From positions 30,572,045 to 30,623,952 of the forward strand of contig NC_057718.1 of assembly GCF_004010195.1 (NCBI RefSeq): a stretch of 51,908 nucleotides of DNA. The letters run 5' to 3'. Positions 48,701 through 51,908 of this stretch are shown in pieces. The translations under genes were made by a program, and so were the position numbers. The notes under the pieces were generated by a model. It was not told the DNA's origin and made no database searches. It was given only the letters and a program-made list of their open reading frames with translations. This DNA comes from Chiloscyllium plagiosum (taxonomy: Eukaryota). The first letter of the stretch is position 1. Each line of letters opens with the position of its first letter.

Positions 48701-49985
48701 TTGATGACCTCCTTTTTAAATTTCTGCCCAGCTCTCTGTAATCTCCCTTCAGAATCTCAACCTTTTCCCTTACTATGTCGTTGGTTCCAATTTGGACAAT
48801 GACCCTCTTGCTGGCTTCTCTCCCCCATGAGAACATTCTGCACCCTCTCTGAAACATCCTTGATCCTGGCACCAGGGAAGCAACACACCATTCTGCTTTT
48901 TCGCTGCTGGCCACAGAAGCATCTGTCTGTACCTCGAACTAGAGAATCCCCTAACACAATTGATTTCTCGGAACCTGACGTACCCCTCATTGCATTTGAG
49001 CCATTCTTCATACCAGAAATTTGGCTGTTCGTGCTTCATTCCCCTGAAAATCCATCACCCCCTACATTTTCCAAAACAACATACTTGTTTGAAAAGAGTA
49101 TATCCACAAAAGACTCCTGCACTAGCTGCCTACCTCTCTTACCCTTCCTGGAGTTAACCCATCTGAGACTTTCCCCCCTTCCTATAACTGCCATCCATCA
49201 CATCCTGTTGCTGCCACAAATTCCTCATCGCTTCTAACTGTCTCTCCAACCGATCCATTCGATCTGATAAGATTCGCAGCCAGCAGTATTTATAGCAGAT
49301 TTAATCCGCAGTAACCCTTAAACTCTCTTTCAATTCCCACATCTGACAAGAAGTACATATCACTCTATTAAAGGCCATTTTTGCTCCTTCACAATCTACA
49401 GACCCAGAAAATAACACCATCTTATTCCTCTACAAACACAGCCCCAGGTTAAATTAATAGTTATGGCTTATATTTTAAGTTTAATCAAGAGACATATCTC
49501 CAAAAACATATAATCAAGAAAGAACCTACTCTACTCACTACTGCAGATTCTCTGTAGGTCACACTTAAAATGACGAGTAACTTCTCTGATTCTGTGCTGT
49601 GAACTTCGCCCAACAGTTCTTCCAAGATTAGTTGTGAATTTCACTGTTTGATCATTTTCCCAGATGCACTCCGATGTCCAGCGATACACGAATTCAAACA
49701 TCAAAGGCAGTAACTGTGCAGGTTCTCTCTCTCTCTCTCTCTCTCCCCTGCACTGACCTCACACCATGTGCTTCCTTTTTCTGTTCTTCTCCCTTTTAAA
49801 ACTGCTGTTGTTTTGATTTTTTTTTTCAAAGTTCCTAAACAATGCAACAGCATATGAAATAGTAATTGCTGTTCCTGCAATTCAAGGAAATCACCTCCAG
49901 CACCTAAAATACCTCAAAAAAAAAAGGAGCAGCTGTTACAGCCAGAAATATTTCTCGTCCTCCATCTTGGATTGCCCAGAATCCT
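45792..49985 (-). mobile_element. Near full-length CR1 LINE: 5'UTR, SGNH-esterase ORF1, ORF2 (EN and RT), 3'UTR; disrupted
   Basis: ORF1 SIVLGDSLVRGTD..VCCFPGARIKDV / VIVQIGTNDI; ORF2 CIYFNVRGL..DIIAITETWL, a 315-aa open stretch at 47327-48274, SKFADDTKIGG, and a 3' tail at about 45792. Confidence 0.93.
46753..47207. other. Assembly gap (455 N) inside the CR1 RT
   Basis: Run of n characters. Confidence 1.
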
Positions 49986-49989
49986 CCAG

Positions 49990-50308
49990 GACTTTAGCTT
50001 TGATCTTTATGTCATCATTGATAGGAGTAGTGCCAGAAGACTGGAGAATAGAAAATATTGTTCCCTTGTTTGTGAAGGGAAGTCGGGACAACCCTGGTAA
50101 TTATAGGGTAGTGAGCCTTATTTCGGTTTTGGGTAAGATGTTGGAAAAGGTTATAAGAGATAGGATTTATAATCATCTGGAAAGGAATAATTTGACTAGG
50201 GGTAGTCAACACAATTTTGTGGAGGGCAGCTCGTGCCTCCCTAACCTTATTGAATGGGTTATCGAGGGCTGAAGGACCTGTACTGCGCTGTAACATTCTA
50301 TGTTCTAT
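49990..50308 (+). mobile_element. Continuation of the host CR1 (RT start) jumping to a 3' tail
   Basis: LALIFMSSLIGVVPEDWRIENIVPLF..GNYRVVSL continues the 44540-45791 copy; ends ctgtaacattctatgttctat. Confidence 0.85.
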
Positions 50309-51600
50309 CCAACCTTTCTTTATAACTCAAACTTTCCATACCCAGCAACATCCTGGTAAATCTCTTCTGAACCCTCTCCATCTTGATAATGTCTTTCCTA
50401 TAACTGGGCAAGTATAACTGGACACAGTATTCCAGAAGACGCCTCACCAATATCCTGTACAACCTTAACACAATGTCCAACTCCTATACCCAAAGGACTT
50501 AGCAATGAAGGCAAGCATGCCAAACGTCTTTTTAACCATCCTCTTGATATGTTATGTAGCTGCACCCCTAAATCCCTCTGTTCTACAACACTACCATAGG
50601 CCTTACCATTAATTGTATAAGCCCTACCCTTGTTTGTTGTACCAAAATGCAATAACCTCACATTTATCCAGATTGAACTCGATCAACCATTTTTCAGCCC
50701 ATTGACCCATTTGTTTTTGAAACCTTAGAAACCCTTCTTCACTGTCTACTATTCCATTAATTTTGGTGTCATCTGCAACTTACTAACCATACTTTCTATA
50801 TTCTCATCCAAGTCATTCATATAAATGACAAAGAGGACCCGGAACCAATCCCTGTAGAACACTGCTGGTCACAGGCCTCCAGTCCATAAAGTAACCCTCC
50901 ACCAATATCCTTTGTCTCCTGCCAAAAGCCAATTATGTATCCAATTGGCAAGCTCACTCTGAATCCTATGTGACTTAACTTTACTAATTAGTCTACCATG
51001 CAGAACCTTGTCGAAGACTTTACTAAAATCCAAATTAAAACATCTACTCCTCTACCATCTTCAACCTTTTTGGTAACTTTCTCAAAAAACTTAGTCATGT
51101 TTATGAGATATGATTTTCCTCACAAAACCATGCTGACTATCCCTAATCAATTTTTGCCTCTCTAAATGTCCATAAATCCTATCATTTTATAACCTCCCAA
51201 CAATTTATCCACAACCGCAATTAGACTCATAGATCTATAGTTCCTCAGTTTCTCCTTACAACCTTTCTTAAACAAAGGTGCAACATTAGCCACCCTGCAG
51301 TCATCAGGCATCTCACCTGTAGTTATGGATGATGCAAATATTTTTGCAAGAGGTGTTGTAATTTCCTCCCTTACTTCCCACAACATAGTGGGATACATTA
51401 GATCAGGTCCTGGAGATTTATCCACTTTTATATTTCTAAACCTCTCAAACGTCCTCTTCTGGAATGTGAACTATTTATAAAGCATCAAAATTTCTCTGCA
51501 TTTTCTAGACTTCATTTCTTTCTCCACAGTAAAAACTGACATGAAATATTCATTTAATATCTCTCCCTTCTCCTGGGGTTCAACAGAAAGATGGACATTA
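50309..51600 (-). mobile_element. CR1 ORF2 fragment
   Basis: Minus ORFs DKSPGPDLMYPTMLWEVREEI.., LLHFGTTNKGRAYTING.., LEYCVQL..RVQKRFTRML. Confidence 0.9.
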
Positions 51601-51619
51601 GTCCCAAGCAATTGTTTTA

Positions 51620-51908
51620 AAGGACCATAAGACATAGGAGCGGAAGTAAGGCCATTCGGCCCATCGAGTCCACTCCTCCATTCAATCATGGCTGATGGGC
51701 ATTTCAACTCCACTTACCCACATTCTCCCTGTAGCCCTTAATTCCTTGTGACATCAAGAATTTATCAATTTCTGCCTTGAAGACATTTAGCGTCCCAGCC
51801 TCCACTGCACTCTGCGGCAATGAATTCCACAGGCCCACCACTCTCTGGCTGAAGAAACGTTTCCGCATTTCTGTTCTGAATTTACCCACTCTAATTCTAA
51901 GGCTGTGT
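51620..51908 (-). mobile_element. CR1 3' end of a different subfamily, cut by window end
   Basis: Minus ORF FRTEMRKRFFSQRVVGLWNSLPQSAVEAGTL; 3'UTR ending at ccataagacataggag. Confidence 0.9.

Noticed and set aside
1..51908. CRISPR arrays, operons or other prokaryotic/viral systems; other short ORFs in the track
   Set aside because: The sequence is spliceosomal-intron DNA with no repeat-spacer array, and the remaining ORFs are retroelement pieces or chance frames.

Overview
Vertebrate nuclear DNA, most likely from a cartilaginous fish (inferred from HE1/V-SINE, Deu-domain SINE and CR1 content). The window is almost all intron of CAMKMT (calmodulin-lysine N-methyltransferase, + strand). Three short coding exons (24362-24422, 26738-26792, 27923-27986) encode [59 protein letters not shown]. 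The last is followed by a minor-spliceosome (U12) donor, GTATCCTTCC, and I cannot find the next exon in the remaining 23.9 kb. The rest is dominated by CR1 LINE fragments, several nested or inverted, including a near full-length minus-strand copy with an SGNH-esterase ORF1. Also present are L2 remnants, tRNA-derived SINEs, short Penelope-like fold-back insertions with hammerhead-like cores, a 455-N gap and several repeat-free blocks that may be enhancers. The least explained signals are a 107-bp ungapped direct repeat with two-hairpin potential (10807-10913 / 11708-11814), whose second copy lies in a candidate in-frame cryptic CAMKMT exon, and a possible decayed copy of the preceding CAMKMT exon at 482-534. 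Repeat boundaries are approximate and family names come from recognition, not database searches.
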